DNA from: Alphaproteobacteria bacterium
GTDB lineage: Bacteria; Pseudomonadota; Alphaproteobacteria; SP197
Direction of reading: 5' to 3'
Assembly: GCA_964291265.2 (NCBI GenBank)
Contig: OZ219747.1
Location: 2,912,001 to 2,976,000, forward strand
DNA: 64,000 nucleotides
Every line of letters starts with the position of its first letter. The first letter of the stretch is position 1. This document shows positions 19,648-35,929 of the stretch, one piece after another. Below the pieces are notes generated by a model. The model was not told the origin of the DNA and did not search any database. It worked only from the letters and a program-made list of their open reading frames with translations. The position numbers were made by a program, and so were the translations under genes.

Positions 19648-20076
19648 ATGGCCAAGAAGATCGCAGGCACGATCAAGCTCACGGTTCCGGCAGGAGCGGC
19701 GAATCCATCGCCTCCCATCGGTCCGGCGCTCGGTCAGCGCGGCCTCAACATCATGGAGTTCTGCAAGGCCTTCAATGCGGCCACGCAGAATGTCGAACAG
19801 GGAACTCCGGTGCCGACGGTGATCACGGCCTATGCGGACCGTTCGTTCACCTTTGTCACGAGGACACCGCCGGCGGCGTGGTACATCAGGAAGGCGGCCG
19901 GTCTCGAAAGGGGCGAGGCCCTGCCTGGCCGCTCCGTTGCCGGGTCGGTCACCATGGAACAGGTGCGTGAGATTGCCGAGGCGAAGATGACGGATCTCAA
20001 TGCCAACGGTATCGAGGCGGCATCGAGGATCATCGCCGGAACGGCACGATCCATGGGTGTCGAGGTGGTGGAGTAG
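19648..20076 (+). CDS. rplK: 50S ribosomal protein L11
   Basis: [26 protein letters not shown]. Confidence 0.98.
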   Translation: MAKKIAGTIKLTVPAGAANPSPPIGPALGQRGLNIMEFCKAFNAATQNVEQGTPVPTVITAYADRSFTFVTRTPPAAWYIRKAAGLERGEALPGRSVAGSVTMEQVREIAEAKMTDLNANGIEAASRIIAGTARSMGVEVVE

Positions 20077-20080
20077 GGTG

Positions 20081-20779
20081 ATGGCACGACACGGCAAGAA
20101 TCTCGTCGCAGCCTACGGGACCGTCGACCGCGAGCGGGACTATGCTCTCGAGGAGGCGATCCAGGCGCTCAAGGACACGGCCTCCGCCAGGTTTGACGAG
20201 ACCGTCGAGCTGGCGCTCAATCTCAACGTCGATCCACGCCATGCCGACCAGATGGTGCGGGGTGTGGTCAGTCTGCCGCACGGTACCGGGCGCGTGGTCA
20301 GGGTCGTCGTCTTCGCCCGCGACGCCAAGGCCGACGAGGCCCGTGAGGCCGGAGCCGACAGGGTCGGTGCGGAAGATCTCGCCCAGAGCATCCAGGAAGG
20401 CGATCTGGGGTTCGACCGTTGCATCGCCACACCCGACATGATGCCCGTCGTCGGTCGGCTCGGAAAGATCCTCGGGCCACGCGGACTCATGCCGAACCCG
20501 AAACTCGGCACCGTCACCGTGGATCTTGCCGGTGCAGTGGCCGCCGCGAAGGCGGGCCAGGTGGAGTACCGCGTGGAACGGGCGGGCATCATTCACGCCG
20601 GTGTCGGCAAGGTGTCGTTTCCGGTCGAGAAGATTGCCGAGAATACCCGGGCGCTGGTGGATGCCGTGGCGAAGGCGCGGCCCCAGGCTGTCAAGGGAAC
20701 CTACATGAAGCGCGCGACACTCAGCACCACCATGGGGCCGGGTGTCCACGTTGCGACGCAAAGCCTCGTGGCCGCCTGA
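20081..20779 (+). CDS. rplA: 50S ribosomal protein L1
   Basis: [30 protein letters not shown]. Confidence 0.98.
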   Translation: MARHGKNLVAAYGTVDRERDYALEEAIQALKDTASARFDETVELALNLNVDPRHADQMVRGVVSLPHGTGRVVRVVVFARDAKADEAREAGADRVGAEDLAQSIQEGDLGFDRCIATPDMMPVVGRLGKILGPRGLMPNPKLGTVTVDLAGAVAAAKAGQVEYRVERAGIIHAGVGKVSFPVEKIAENTRALVDAVAKARPQAVKGTYMKRATLSTTMGPGVHVATQSLVAA

Positions 20780-20840
20780 CGGCCCCGGGACCAAGCGGCG
20801 GCTCCGGCCGTCCGGCGGCATGCTCCGGCGTGTCGCAACC

Positions 20841-20902
20841 CTGTCCGAGACTGCCGGTGCCCGATGGCGGGTTCAATGGCGATGCCGCCGGCACGAGACG
20901 GG
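20841..20902 (+). promoter_or_regulatory. L10 leader (rplJL autoregulatory RNA)
   Basis: CTGTCCGAGACTGCCGG...CCGGCACGAGACGG resembles the L10-leader stem pattern; lies in the rplA-rplJ intergenic region. Confidence 0.7.
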
Positions 20903-21052
20903 AGACCGGCCGGTTCCGGCATTCCGGAACCGGGAAGGGATTCCGGGGCAGGATACCAGCGTCCCCTCCTCCGTGAACCGGAGAAGCGGACAACTAGTGA
21001 ACCGGATCGACGGGTTCTGACCCGGCATTCCGATCTGATGGAGGAGTCCTCA

Positions 21053-21562
21053 TTGGAACGTTCAAGGAAGGAAGAGATCGTCAGTGAGCTCGAAGGTGCG
21101 CTCGGTGGTGCCGGGATCGTCGTCGTCGTGCGTCACGAGGGTCTCACCGTTGCCGAGGCGACCGAGCTTCGGCGTTCGGTGCGCGGCGCCGGCGCCAGCT
21201 TCCGGGTGGTCAAGAACCGGCTGGTTCTGCGCGCCCTCGAGCAGGCCGGGATGGAGGCGATTGCCGAGATGTTCCATGGGCCCTCCGCCATTGCCACGGC
21301 AACGGATCCCGTGGCCGGCGCCAGGGTCACCGTCGACTATGCGAAGAAGAACAGCAAGCTGGTCATTGTCGGTGGCGCCATGGACGGCCGTGCGCTTGAC
21401 GCGGACGGGGTCCGGACGATTGCCCAGCTGCCGTCACTCGATGAACTGCGTGCCCGATTGATCATGCTGATCAGCACGCCGGCAACGCGGGTCGCGGGAG
21501 TCCTGCAGGAACCGGGGAGCCGTCTCGCCCGGTTGCTCGGCTCGCGGCAAACGGCGCCATGA
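21053..21562 (+). CDS. rplJ: 50S ribosomal protein L10
   Basis: TTG start after GGAGGAG; GLTVAE..ELR, VVKNRL, LPSLDELRA. Confidence 0.95.
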   Translation: MERSRKEEIVSELEGALGGAGIVVVVRHEGLTVAEATELRRSVRGAGASFRVVKNRLVLRALEQAGMEAIAEMFHGPSAIATATDPVAGARVTVDYAKKNSKLVIVGGAMDGRALDADGVRTIAQLPSLDELRARLIMLISTPATRVAGVLQEPGSRLARLLGSRQTAP

Positions 21563-21610
21563 TCCGGTTCGGCCACAAGCGAAGCATCCCAACAGGAGTG
21601 ATGGAAAACC

Positions 21611-21991
21611 ATGAGCAAGATTGAACAACTCGTCGAGGACCTGTCGTCGCTGACCGTCATCGAGGCGGCGGAACTCTCGAAAATGCTTGAAGAAAGGTGG
21701 GGCGTGAGCGCCGCCCAGCCGGTAGCTGTCGCGGCGGTTCCCGGAGGTGCGGGAGACGAGACGGCAGAAGTCGAGGAGAAGACGGAATTCGACGTCGTCC
21801 TCACCGGTTTCGGCACCAGCAAGATTCCCGTCATCAAGGAGGTCCGGGCGATTACGGATCTCGGCCTCAAGGAAGCCAAGGCGCTCGTCGAGGATGCACC
21901 GAAGGCGGTGAAGGAGGGCGTCTCCAAGGACGAGGCCGAAGCATTGCAGAAGCGTCTCGAGGACGCCGGCGCGACCGTCGAGGTCAGGTAG
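21611..21991 (+). CDS. rplL: 50S ribosomal protein L7/L12
   Basis: [29 protein letters not shown]. Confidence 0.98.
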   Translation: MSKIEQLVEDLSSLTVIEAAELSKMLEERWGVSAAQPVAVAAVPGGAGDETAEVEEKTEFDVVLTGFGTSKIPVIKEVRAITDLGLKEAKALVEDAPKAVKEGVSKDEAEALQKRLEDAGATVEVR

Positions 21992-22008
21992 GCCAGCACG
22001 TATTCCCG

Positions 22009-22081
22009 CCACGAGGGCCGCCCCTCGTGGTGATCCCGTTTCCCTGCCGGTGATGGTGCGCTGAGCCCTGCCGGCAGGGAA
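22009..22081 (+). terminator. Two GC-rich hairpins in the rplL-rpoB intergenic region (possible attenuator or processing site)
   Basis: CCACGAGGG/CCCTCGTGG and TTCCCTGCCGG/CCGGCAGGGAA inverted repeats; no clear U-tract. Confidence 0.45.
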
Positions 22082-22130
22082 GTGGGTGTCAACGCATATT
22101 TCGGGCTGATCGATTGCAGGGGCTGACACC

Positions 22131-25100
22131 ATGGAAAAGCACATGAACAGGCGTTCCACCATGCGGCGCAACTTCGGGCGCATCCCGCCGGTGATCGACA
22201 TGCCCAACCTGATCGATGTGCAACGCGTCTCCTATGACCATTTCCTGCAGCGCGATGCCGGGCCGGACGAGATCCTCGACGAGGGACTCGAGGGCGTGTT
22301 CCGCTCGGTCTTTCCCATCAGCGATGTTTCCGACCGTGCCGATCTCGAGTTCGTGCGCTATCAGATCGAACAGCCCAAGCACACGGAGACGGAGTGCCTG
22401 GCACGGGATCTGACCTATGCCGCGCCCCTGCGGGTGAAACTGCGCCTGGTTCTCTATGACGTCGACCGCGACATCGGCAAGAGGGAGGTCCGCAACGTCA
22501 AGGAGCAGGATGTCTACATGGGAGACATTCCGCTCATGACGGACAAGGGCACCTTCATCGTCAATGGCACCGAGCGCGTGGTGGTCTCGCAGATGCATCG
22601 GTCCCCGGGCGTCTTCTTCGATCATGACAAGGGCAAGACCCATGCATCGGGCAAGTTCCTGTTCGCTGCCCGCGTCATCCCCTACCGAGGCTCCTGGCTG
22701 GAGTTCGAGTTCGACGCCAAGGACATCGTCCACGTCCGCATCGACCGCCGCCGCAAACTGCCGGCGACGACCATGCTCCTTGCTCTGGACTATACCGCCG
22801 AGGACATTCTGGAGACATTCTACGATACGGTGCCGTTCGTGCGTATCCGCCAGGAGTGGGCGCTGCCCCTCACCGATGCGGAACGGGCCGGAGGGATTCT
22901 CGCGCACGATGTCATCGATCTGGCGAAGGGGCGCGTTGTGGCCGAAGCCGGCTCGACGCTGCCGAAGAGGGGCAGGTCCTCCGGGAACCTTGCCGGCCAT
23001 GTCAGGGACGACGCCCTCGTGGGGCGCTGCCTTGCCGAGGATGTGATTGATCCGGAGTCGGGCCAGGTCGTTGTCGACGCCGGTACGGTACTGACCCGTC
23101 GCGAGCTCTCTGAACTGGGATCCGTTGATATCGACGAGATCACCATGTTCGGTGGAGACTCGCCGGTCGTCGCCCTGCGCTCGGGCGAGCACCGGAAGTG
23201 GTTCTTCGCCTTCGATGTCGCCGGCGCAACCGGGGACGTGCTCAAGCACGACCTCGTCGATGTCCGTTCCGGCAACGTGGTCGCCCCGGCGGGGACGCAG
23301 ATGACGGACGCATGGCGAGACGAGTGTCTCGCCCATGCCGACGGACGGCCGCTGGGTGTCGAGGTCAGCCGGGAGGAGCTCGAAGGACGGACGCTGGCCG
23401 TCGACGTGTCGGGTTCCGGTGACACCGTGGTTGCCGCTGCCGGCGCCCATGTCGACCGCAAGCTGCTCAACAAGCTGGCGCGCTCCGATATCGAGAGCGT
23501 CACGCTGTTCGAGGAAGGTGGTACGGTGACTGCGAAGCGTCTCGTTCGCCCGGGCTGGAAAGTGCCGTTCGACGCCTCGGAGTCTTCGGCTCTTCTGGGC
23601 ACCAAGCTGACACGTGATCTCGTCAACGCCGCCGACGGCGCCGTCATGGCGACAGCCGGCACCAAGCTCACCAGGCTGCAGTTGCGCAAACTGGCAAAGG
23701 CCGGACTCGAGGAGCAGTTCGTGGGTGATGAGCTGTTGCTGGGCAGGTTCCTTGCCGGAGACCACATCGACGAGACAGACGGGCTGGTTCTCGCCGAGGC
23801 CGGCACCGAGATCGATCGGGAACTGCTCGACCTCCTCGTCAGTCACGCGAACGACGAGGTGGCAACCCTCGACATCGATCACGTCAAGGTGGGCCCCCAT
23901 ATCTGCAAGACACTCGGTATCGACAAGGCAACGAACCGCGAGGAGGCGCAGATCGAGATCTACAAGGTCATGCGTCCCGGCGATCCGACCACGCCGGAAG
24001 CCGCAGCGGCCCTGTTCAAGGGCCTCTTCTTCGACGCCGACCGCTACGACCTGTCGACGGTCGGACGCGTCAAGATGAACGAACGCCTTGGTCCCGATCA
24101 CGCTGAAACCGGTCGCGTGCTGACGCCCAGCGACATCATGGCCTGTCTGAAGACACTGGTGGAACTACGCGATGGCCGCGGTGACATCGATGATATCGAT
24201 CACCTCGGCAACCGCCGCGTGCGCTCCGTCGGCGAGTTGCTCGAGAACCAGTACCGGGCAAGCCTGCTGCGCATGGAGCGGGCGGTGCGCGAGCGCATGA
24301 GCCAGGCCGAACTCGACAAGGAAGTGCCGCACGATCTCGTCAATGCCAAGACCACGGCGGCGGCGGTGCGCGAGTTCTTCGGAGCGTCCCAGCTCTCCCA
24401 GTTCATGGAGCAGACCAATCCGCTCTCGGAACTGACTCACAAGCGCCGCCTGTCGGCGCTCGGGCCGGGTGGGCTGACCCGCGAGCGCGCCGGTTTCGAG
24501 GTGCGCGACGTGCATCCGACCCATTATGGCCGGATCTGCCCGGTGGAAACGCCGGAGGGGCCGAACATCGGCCTGATCAACTCCCTTGCGACCTTCGCCC
24601 GCATCAACCAGCACGGGTTCATCGAGAGTCCCTATCGCAAGGTGGAACTGATCGACGGTGAACGCCGGGTGACCGACGAGATCGAATACCTGACGGCGAT
24701 GCAGGAGCGGCAGCACACCATTGCCCAGGCCAATGCCAGCCTCACCGAGGATGGCCGTTTCGCCGACGAACTGGTGTCATGCCGCCGGAACGGCGAATTC
24801 GTCATGGCTGAATCGGCCTATGTCGACATGATGGACGTGTCGCCCAAGCAGCTGGTGTCGGTCGCCGCTGCCCTCATCCCCTTCCTCGAGAACGACGATG
24901 CCAACCGCGCCCTCATGGGCTCCAACATGCAGCGACAGGCGGTTCCCCTGATTCGCGCCGAGGCGCCTCTTGTCGGGACCGGCCTGGAGGAAGTGGTGGC
25001 CCGCGATTCCGTTTCCACCATCGTCGCCCGCCGGGGCGGGGTGGTCGATCAGGTCGATTCACAGCGGATTGTCATCAGGGTCAACGAGGAGGAAGCGCTC

Positions 25101-26966
25101 AACACGCTCAATGTCGACATCTATCCGCTGCTGAAGTTCCAGCGGTCCAACCAGAGCACGTGCATCCTCCAGCGGCCGCTTGTCAAGACCGGCCAACGGG
25201 TGGAAAAGGGCGAGATTCTCGGGGACGGACCGTCGACCGACCACGGTGAGCTGGCGCTCGGCCGCAACGTGCTGTGTGCCTTCATGCCGTGGAACGGCTA
25301 CAACTTCGAGGACTCGATCCTCATTTCCGAGCGCATCGTCAGGGATGACGTCTTCACCTCGATTCACATCGAGGAGTTCGAGGTCGTGGCTCGTGACACC
25401 AAGCTTGGGCCCGAGGAAATCACGCGCGACATTCCCAATGCCGGTGACGAGGCGTTGCGGCATCTCGACGAGGCCGGCATTGTCTACATCGGGGCGGAGG
25501 TCGAGGCCGACGACATCCTCGTCGGCAAGATCACCCCGAAGGGGGAGAGTCCGACCACCCCGGAAGAGAAACTGTTGCGCGCCATTTTCGGCGAAAAGGC
25601 CTCGGACGTGCGCGACACCTCGCTTCGGGTGCCTCCTGGCGGTCAGGGAACCGTGGTCGAGGTGCGGGTCTTTTCGCGTGCAAGCTACGACACGGACCAG
25701 CGCGCCGAGACCATTCAAAGCGCCGAGGTCGACCGCCTCGAACAGAACCGGGCCGACGAGCACTCCATCATCGAGCGAACGGTTCAGGCGCGTCTCGTCG
25801 ACCTGCTCGACGGGGGCACCGTCAGGCGCGGGCCCAAGGGTGTTGCGAAGGGCGTCGTGGTCGACCGGGCTCTCCTTGATTCCCTGACCCATGGCCTGAG
25901 ATGGCAGATCGTCGTGGCCGACCGCGCCACCATGGAGGCCATCGAAGAACTCAAGGCTCGCTACGACGACAGGATGGCGGACCTCGAGCGACTGCACAGG
26001 GCCAGCCTCGAGAAGCTCGAGGCGAGCGACGAACTGCAGCCGGGCGTGCTCAAGATGGTCAAGGTCTTCGTCGCGGTGAAGCGCAAGCTCCAGGCCGGTG
26101 ACAAGATGGCCGGACGCCATGGCAACAAGGGTGTCATTTCGCGCATCGTACCTATCGAGGACATGCCCTATCTCCAGGACGGCACGCCGGTCGACATCGT
26201 GCTCAATCCCCTTGGCGTGCCGAGTCGGATGAACGTCGGGCAGATTCTCGAGACCCACCTCGGCTGGGCCAGTGCCGGGATCGGCAGGAAGATCGGCCGC
26301 ATGGTCGACAGCATGACCATCGAGATGCCACTCGACGGAGACAGGGTGTCGACCCATGACGACCTGCGCACCCTGCTCTCCAGGGTCTACGGCGAGGACA
26401 CGGGCAACGGCCGCTTTTCGACGATGAAGGACACCGAACTCATGGAGTCCGCCAACGAGCTGAGATCCGGCATTCCGGTCGCCACACCGGTGTTCGACGG
26501 CGCTGGTGAACGGGAGATCACCGACATGCTCGAGCTTGCCGGTCTCTCTGCCTCCGGCCAGGAGATACTCATCGACGGCCGGACCGGGGAACCCTTCGAC
26601 AGGCCGGTCACCGTGGGCTATCATTACATTCTGAAGCTCCACCACCTCGTCGACGACAAGATCCACGCCCGCTCGGTGGGCGCCTACAGCCTCGTCACGC
26701 AGCAGCCGCTCGGCGGCAAGGCCCAGTTCGGTGGTCAACGTTTCGGCGAGATGGAGGTCTGGGCCCTGCAGGCCTATGGCGCGGCCTACACGCTCCAGGA
26801 GATCCTCACCGTCAAGTCGGACGATGTCGCCGGCCGCACGCGTATCTATGAATCCATCGTCAAGGGCGACCAGTACTTCGAGGCCGGCATTCCCGAGAGC
26901 TTCAACGTGCTGGTGAAGGAAATGCAGGCGCTCGGCCTCGATGTCGAGCTTGAACAGGCAGGCTGA
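22131..26966 (+). CDS. rpoB: RNA polymerase beta subunit, enlarged (1,611 aa)
   Basis: [50 protein letters not shown]; extra repeats at about aa 231-580. Confidence 0.99.
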   Translation: MEKHMNRRSTMRRNFGRIPPVIDMPNLIDVQRVSYDHFLQRDAGPDEILDEGLEGVFRSVFPISDVSDRADLEFVRYQIEQPKHTETECLARDLTYAAPLRVKLRLVLYDVDRDIGKREVRNVKEQDVYMGDIPLMTDKGTFIVNGTERVVVSQMHRSPGVFFDHDKGKTHASGKFLFAARVIPYRGSWLEFEFDAKDIVHVRIDRRRKLPATTMLLALDYTAEDILETFYDTVPFVRIRQEWALPLTDAERAGGILAHDVIDLAKGRVVAEAGSTLPKRGRSSGNLAGHVRDDALVGRCLAEDVIDPESGQVVVDAGTVLTRRELSELGSVDIDEITMFGGDSPVVALRSGEHRKWFFAFDVAGATGDVLKHDLVDVRSGNVVAPAGTQMTDAWRDECLAHADGRPLGVEVSREELEGRTLAVDVSGSGDTVVAAAGAHVDRKLLNKLARSDIESVTLFEEGGTVTAKRLVRPGWKVPFDASESSALLGTKLTRDLVNAADGAVMATAGTKLTRLQLRKLAKAGLEEQFVGDELLLGRFLAGDHIDETDGLVLAEAGTEIDRELLDLLVSHANDEVATLDIDHVKVGPHICKTLGIDKATNREEAQIEIYKVMRPGDPTTPEAAAALFKGLFFDADRYDLSTVGRVKMNERLGPDHAETGRVLTPSDIMACLKTLVELRDGRGDIDDIDHLGNRRVRSVGELLENQYRASLLRMERAVRERMSQAELDKEVPHDLVNAKTTAAAVREFFGASQLSQFMEQTNPLSELTHKRRLSALGPGGLTRERAGFEVRDVHPTHYGRICPVETPEGPNIGLINSLATFARINQHGFIESPYRKVELIDGERRVTDEIEYLTAMQERQHTIAQANASLTEDGRFADELVSCRRNGEFVMAESAYVDMMDVSPKQLVSVAAALIPFLENDDANRALMGSNMQRQAVPLIRAEAPLVGTGLEEVVARDSVSTIVARRGGVVDQVDSQRIVIRVNEEEALNTLNVDIYPLLKFQRSNQSTCILQRPLVKTGQRVEKGEILGDGPSTDHGELALGRNVLCAFMPWNGYNFEDSILISERIVRDDVFTSIHIEEFEVVARDTKLGPEEITRDIPNAGDEALRHLDEAGIVYIGAEVEADDILVGKITPKGESPTTPEEKLLRAIFGEKASDVRDTSLRVPPGGQGTVVEVRVFSRASYDTDQRAETIQSAEVDRLEQNRADEHSIIERTVQARLVDLLDGGTVRRGPKGVAKGVVVDRALLDSLTHGLRWQIVVADRATMEAIEELKARYDDRMADLERLHRASLEKLEASDELQPGVLKMVKVFVAVKRKLQAGDKMAGRHGNKGVISRIVPIEDMPYLQDGTPVDIVLNPLGVPSRMNVGQILETHLGWASAGIGRKIGRMVDSMTIEMPLDGDRVSTHDDLRTLLSRVYGEDTGNGRFSTMKDTELMESANELRSGIPVATPVFDGAGEREITDMLELAGLSASGQEILIDGRTGEPFDRPVTVGYHYILKLHHLVDDKIHARSVGAYSLVTQQPLGGKAQFGGQRFGEMEVWALQAYGAAYTLQEILTVKSDDVAGRTRIYESIVKGDQYFEAGIPESFNVLVKEMQALGLDVELEQAG

Positions 26967-26990
26967 CCGCCGGTCGACAGGAGACAGGGT

Positions 26991-31187
<4,197 letters not shown>

Positions 31188-31215
31188 ATGCAGGAGTTTC
31201 ACCCTTTGCGGGGGC

Positions 31216-31244
31216 TTGACCGAATGAGGAACCGACACTATGGT
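31216..31244 (+). promoter_or_regulatory. sigma70 promoter of the str operon
   Basis: TTGACC-N17-TATGGT, followed by a CTTCCCCT/AGGGGAAG hairpin. Confidence 0.65.
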
Positions 31245-31369
31245 CCGCTTCCCCTTGCCCCCCTGCGGGGAGGGGAAGCCCTTGAACACACTCACACGAT
31301 CCCGGGGTGCGGGCCACGCGGGAGAGCGGAGAGTGTCTTGTTTGTGCAACGGAATCGGGAACCAGGCGC

Positions 31370-31741
31370 ATGCCGACCGTGAACCAGCTGATCCGCAAGC
31401 CGCGCAAGCCTCGGCGGGCGCGCAACAAGGTACCGGCTCTCGAGGCCTGTCCGCAGAAGCGCGGCGTGTGTACCCGTGTCTACACGACGACGCCCAAGAA
31501 ACCGAATTCGGCCCTGCGCAAGGTGGCGCGGGTCCGTTTGACCAACGGGTTCGAGGTCACGAGCTACATTCCGGGCGAGGGTCACAACCTGCAGGAGCAC
31601 TCGGTGGTCATGATCAGGGGCGGACGCGTCAAGGACCTGCCCGGTGTGCGCTATCACATCATTCGCGGCACCCTCGATACACAGGGCATCGCCCAGCGCC
31701 GCCAGAGCCGTTCCAAGTACGGCGCCAAGCGTCCCAGGTAA
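31370..31741 (+). CDS. rpsL: 30S ribosomal protein S12
   Basis: [28 protein letters not shown]. Confidence 0.99.
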   Translation: MPTVNQLIRKPRKPRRARNKVPALEACPQKRGVCTRVYTTTPKKPNSALRKVARVRLTNGFEVTSYIPGEGHNLQEHSVVMIRGGRVKDLPGVRYHIIRGTLDTQGIAQRRQSRSKYGAKRPR

Positions 31742-31756
31742 GGAAGGAATCCCGCC

Positions 31757-32227
31757 ATGTCACGCCGCCGCGCCGCCGAAAGACGGGATGTCCTCCCCGA
31801 TGCCCTCCATGGCGACATCGTGCTCACCAAGTTCATCAACAGCGTCATGCGAGACGGCAAGAAGGCGGTTGCCGAGGGTATCGTCTATGGCGCCCTGGAC
31901 AGAATTCGCGACACCACCGGCCAGGATCCCATCGGCGTCTTTCACCTGGCGTTGAATGCCGTCAGACCGGCCGTCGAGGTGCGCTCGCGGCGCATCGGCG
32001 GCGCCACCTATCAGGTGCCGGTGGAGGTCGGTCCCGACAGGCAGCAGGCGCTGGCCATCCGCTGGCTCATCGGCGCCGCCCGCGCCCGCTCGGAAACCAC
32101 CATGGTCCAGCGTCTCTCGGGAGAGTTCCTCGACGCCTCGAGGCAGCGTGGTGCTGCCGTCAAGAAACGTGAAGACACCCACCGGATGGCGGACGCGAAC
32201 AAGGCGTTTTCGCACTACCGCTGGTAG
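31757..32227 (+). CDS. rpsG: 30S ribosomal protein S7
   Basis: [26 protein letters not shown]. Confidence 0.99.
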   Translation: MSRRRAAERRDVLPDALHGDIVLTKFINSVMRDGKKAVAEGIVYGALDRIRDTTGQDPIGVFHLALNAVRPAVEVRSRRIGGATYQVPVEVGPDRQQALAIRWLIGAARARSETTMVQRLSGEFLDASRQRGAAVKKREDTHRMADANKAFSHYRW

Positions 32228-32280
32228 CGGTTGAAGCTGGTAACCCGGGGCCTCCGAAGCGACCCCAAGGACGAGCCGGA

Positions 32281-34356
32281 ATGACACGACGTCACGCAAT
32301 AGAGCGCTATCGCAACATCGGCATCATGGCCCACATCGATGCCGGCAAGACGACCACGACCGAGCGCATCCTCTACTACACCGGCCGATCCCACAAGATC
32401 GGTGAAGTCCATGAGGGCACGGCCACCATGGACTGGATGGAACAGGAACAGGAGCGTGGCATCACGATCACCTCCGCGGCCACCACGGCTCACTGGCGCG
32501 ACCATCGAATCAACATCATCGACACTCCCGGTCACGTCGACTTCACCATCGAGGTCGAACGCAGCCTGCGTGTCCTGGATGGCGCCGTGGCGGTCTTCGA
32601 TGCGGTCTCGGGCGTCGAACCACAGTCCGAAACCGTTTGGCGCCAGGCCGACAAGTACGGCGTGCCGCGCATCTGCTTCGTCAACAAGATGGACCGTGTC
32701 GGCGCCGATTTCCTTCGATGCGTCGACATGATCGTCGAACGCTTCGGCGTCAGGCCGGTCGTGCTGCAGCTGCCCGTGGGCGCGGAAGCGGATTTCCGCG
32801 GCGTCGTGGACCTCGTGACCATGAAGGCGGTGGTCTGGCACGACGATGTCAAGGGGGCGCGATTCGAGGAAATCGACATTCCTGCGGAGTTGCGCGCCGA
32901 CGCCGAAGAGTGGCGTTCGAAACTCGTTGACGCGGTTGTCGAGCACGACAACGACGCCATGGAAGCCTATCTCGATGGCGCCGACCCCGACGCCGAGACC
33001 CTGGTGCGGTGTATCCGTGTCGGAACACTCGAGCGGACCTCGGTGCCGATTCTGCTCGGCAGCGCCTTCAAGAACAAGGGTGTCCAGCCACTGCTCGATG
33101 CCGTGACGTACTATCTGCCGTCACCCGTCGACGTGCCGCCCATTCGCGGCGTCGTGGAGAAGACCGGCGAGGAGGTCACACGTGAAAGCAGCGACGAGGC
33201 GCCGTTTGCTGCCCTCGCCTTCAAGGTGATGGCCGACAAGTACGTCGGCACGCTCACCTTCGCCCGTGTCTACTCGGGCGTCCTGAAGACCGGCGATCAA
33301 CTGTTCAATGCCGCGAAGGGAGTGCGCGGGCGGGCCGGACGCATGCTGCTCATGCACGCCAACAGCCGCGAGGACGTCAACGAGGCGCGCGCCGGCGACA
33401 TCGTCGCCCTGTGTGGCCTCAAGGGAGCCACCACCGGCGATACCATCTGTTCGCCCAGGGAGCCGGTGGTCCTCGAGCGCATGGAGTTTCCGGATCCCGT
33501 CATCGAGGTGGCGGTCGAGCCAAGGACACGCGCCGACCATGATCGCATGGGAATGGCGCTGACGAGGCTTGCCGACGAGGATCCCTCCTTCAGGGTGTCG
33601 ACCGACGAGGAATCGGCGCAGACTGTCATCAAGGGCATGGGTGAACTGCACCTCGAGATCATTGTCGACAGGATGCGCCGCGAGTTCAACGTCGAGGCCA
33701 CTATCGGCGCTCCCCAGGTCGCTTACCGCGAAACCCTCACGCGGCCCTTCGATGTCGACTACGTGCATCGCAAGCAGACCGGTGGCGCCGGCCAGTACGC
33801 CAGGGTCTGCATTCTCTTCGAGCCGGGCGACCCCGGTTCGGGTATCGAGTTTGTCAGCGAGATTGCCGGCGGCAACGTGCCGCGGGAGTATATCCCCTCG
33901 GTCAGGTCCGGAATCGAGAGGGCCGCCGTTTCGGGTGTCCTCGCGGGCTTTCCGATGACCGACTTCAGGGCGACACTCCATGATGGCGCTTTCCATGCCG
34001 TTGATTCCAGCGCCATGGCCTTCGAGGTGGCGGCCCGCGCGGCATTCCGCGAGGGCGCCCTGGCGGCGGGGCCGAGGCTTCTTGAACCGGTGATGCGGGT
34101 CGAGGTCGTGACACCCGAAGAGCACATGGGAGACATCATGGGCGACCTCAACAGCCGCCGGGGCCAGATCCAGGGACTCGAGCCCAGGGGCAATGCCCAG
34201 GTGGTACGGGCCCGGGTGCCGCTCGGCACCATGTTCGGCTATGTCAACGACCTGCGCTCCATGAGCCAGGGCCGAGCGACCTTCACCATGCATTTCAATT
34301 CCTATGAACCCGTGCCCGATCTGGTCTCGGAAGACCTGCGGGCCCACATCGCCTGA
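32281..34356 (+). CDS. fusA: Elongation factor G
   Basis: [32 protein letters not shown]. Confidence 0.99.
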   Translation: MTRRHAIERYRNIGIMAHIDAGKTTTTERILYYTGRSHKIGEVHEGTATMDWMEQEQERGITITSAATTAHWRDHRINIIDTPGHVDFTIEVERSLRVLDGAVAVFDAVSGVEPQSETVWRQADKYGVPRICFVNKMDRVGADFLRCVDMIVERFGVRPVVLQLPVGAEADFRGVVDLVTMKAVVWHDDVKGARFEEIDIPAELRADAEEWRSKLVDAVVEHDNDAMEAYLDGADPDAETLVRCIRVGTLERTSVPILLGSAFKNKGVQPLLDAVTYYLPSPVDVPPIRGVVEKTGEEVTRESSDEAPFAALAFKVMADKYVGTLTFARVYSGVLKTGDQLFNAAKGVRGRAGRMLLMHANSREDVNEARAGDIVALCGLKGATTGDTICSPREPVVLERMEFPDPVIEVAVEPRTRADHDRMGMALTRLADEDPSFRVSTDEESAQTVIKGMGELHLEIIVDRMRREFNVEATIGAPQVAYRETLTRPFDVDYVHRKQTGGAGQYARVCILFEPGDPGSGIEFVSEIAGGNVPREYIPSVRSGIERAAVSGVLAGFPMTDFRATLHDGAFHAVDSSAMAFEVAARAAFREGALAAGPRLLEPVMRVEVVTPEEHMGDIMGDLNSRRGQIQGLEPRGNAQVVRARVPLGTMFGYVNDLRSMSQGRATFTMHFNSYEPVPDLVSEDLRAHIA

Positions 34357-34394
34357 GCGCGAGTCACTTGACGAAGGACGAATGAGGCAACCTC

Positions 34395-35585
34395 ATGGCC
34401 AAGGAGAAGTTTGAGCGTACGAAGCCGCATGCGAACATTGGGACGATTGGGCATGTGGATCACGGCAAGACGACGCTGACGGCGGCGATCACGCGGATTC
34501 TGGCGCGCACGGGCGGTGCGACGTACACGGACTACGCGTCGATTGACAAGGCGCCGGAGGAGCGTGAGCGTGGCATCACGATCAACACGGCGCATGTGGA
34601 GTACGAGACGGAGGGCCGCCACTATGCGCATGTCGACTGTCCTGGTCATGCGGACTACGTGAAGAACATGATCACGGGTGCGGCGCAGATGGACGGGGCG
34701 ATTCTGGTGGTATCGGCGGCGGACGGTCCGATGCCCCAGACGCGCGAGCACATTCTTCTGGCGCGTCAGGTGGGTGTTCCTGCGATTGTGGTGTACCTCA
34801 ACAAGGTGGATCAGGTTGACGACGAGGAGCTTCTGGAGCTTGTGGAGCTTGAGGTTCGGGAGTTGCTGGACGAGTACCGGTTTCCTGGCGATGACATTCC
34901 TGTTGTGCGGGGTTCGGCCCTGGCGGCGATGGAGGATGGCGACGCGCAGACGGGTGAGCAGTCGGTTCTTGAGTTGATGGCGGCGGTAGATTCCTACATT
35001 CCGACGCCGGAGCGTGCTGTGGACCGTCCTTTTCTGATGCCGATTGAGGATGTGTTTTCGATTTCGGGGCGCGGCACGGTTGTGACGGGTCGTGTTGAGC
35101 AGGGTGTGGTGAAGGTTGGCGACGAGGTTGAGATCGTGGGTATTCGGGAGACGTCGAAGACGGTGTGCACGGGAGTGGAGATGTTCCGCAAGTTGCTGGA
35201 TTCCGGCGAGGCGGGGGACAACATCGGGGTCCTTCTGCGTGGTACGAAGCGCGATGATGTGGAGCGCGGCCAGGTTCTGGCGCGTCCTGGGACGATCACG
35301 CCGCACACGCGCTTCAAGGCGGAGACCTACGTGTTGACGAAGGATGAGGGAGGTCGTCACACGCCGTTTTTCACCAACTACCGTCCGCAGTTCTTTTTCC
35401 GGACGACGGACGTGACGGGTCACGTGCAGCTGCCCGAGGGGATCGAGATGGTGATGCCGGGGGACAACGTGACGATGGATGTGGAACTGATTTCGCCGAT
35501 TGCCATGGACGAAGGCCTGCGTTTTGCCATCCGCGAGGGTGGCCGCACCGTCGGCGCCGGCGTCGTCGCCGAAATCGTCGACTAG
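34395..35585 (+). CDS. tuf: Elongation factor Tu (str-operon copy)
   Basis: Protein identical to 17550-18740. Confidence 0.99.
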   Translation: MAKEKFERTKPHANIGTIGHVDHGKTTLTAAITRILARTGGATYTDYASIDKAPEERERGITINTAHVEYETEGRHYAHVDCPGHADYVKNMITGAAQMDGAILVVSAADGPMPQTREHILLARQVGVPAIVVYLNKVDQVDDEELLELVELEVRELLDEYRFPGDDIPVVRGSALAAMEDGDAQTGEQSVLELMAAVDSYIPTPERAVDRPFLMPIEDVFSISGRGTVVTGRVEQGVVKVGDEVEIVGIRETSKTVCTGVEMFRKLLDSGEAGDNIGVLLRGTKRDDVERGQVLARPGTITPHTRFKAETYVLTKDEGGRHTPFFTNYRPQFFFRTTDVTGHVQLPEGIEMVMPGDNVTMDVELISPIAMDEGLRFAIREGGRTVGAGVVAEIVD

Positions 35586-35596
35586 AGCAAGAGGCG
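34395..35596 (+). repeat. Direct repeat of about 1.2 kb matching 17550-18751 (tuf duplication)
   Basis: Identical translations in several frames of the ORF track; shared AGCAAGAGGCG after the stop codon. Confidence 0.92.
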
Positions 35597-35610
35597 AGGG
35601 GGCGAAGGCC

Positions 35611-35919
35611 ATGGCAGGACAGAACATCAGGATCAGACTCAGGGCCTTCGATCATCGCCTGCTCGACCAGTCGACCAGCGAAATCGTCTCCACGGCTCGG
35701 CGCACCGGCGCCAGGGTCAAGGGTCCCATTCCACTGCCGACACGGATCGAGAAGTTCACCGTCCTGAGAGGTCCCCATATCGACAAGGAATCACGCGAGC
35801 AGTTCGAGATCCGCACCCACAAACGTCTTATCGACATCGTCGAGCCGACCCCGCAGACCGTCGACGCACTCATGAAGCTCGATCTCGCGGCTGGTGTCGA
35901 TGTCGAGATCAAGCTGTGA
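35611..35919 (+). CDS. rpsJ: 30S ribosomal protein S10
   Basis: [28 protein letters not shown]. Confidence 0.98.
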   Translation: MAGQNIRIRLRAFDHRLLDQSTSEIVSTARRTGARVKGPIPLPTRIEKFTVLRGPHIDKESREQFEIRTHKRLIDIVEPTPQTVDALMKLDLAAGVDVEIKL

Positions 35920-35929
35920 GGCCCCGGCC

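Noticed and set aside
22821-23870. Intein or assembly duplication as the cause of the long RpoB
   Set aside because: No Cys/Ser...His-Asn splice motifs or LAGLIDADG blocks; the repeats are highly diverged at DNA level and match the native insertion pattern
31370-31741. Streptomycin-resistance allele in rpsL
   Set aside because: K42 and K87 equivalents are wild-type
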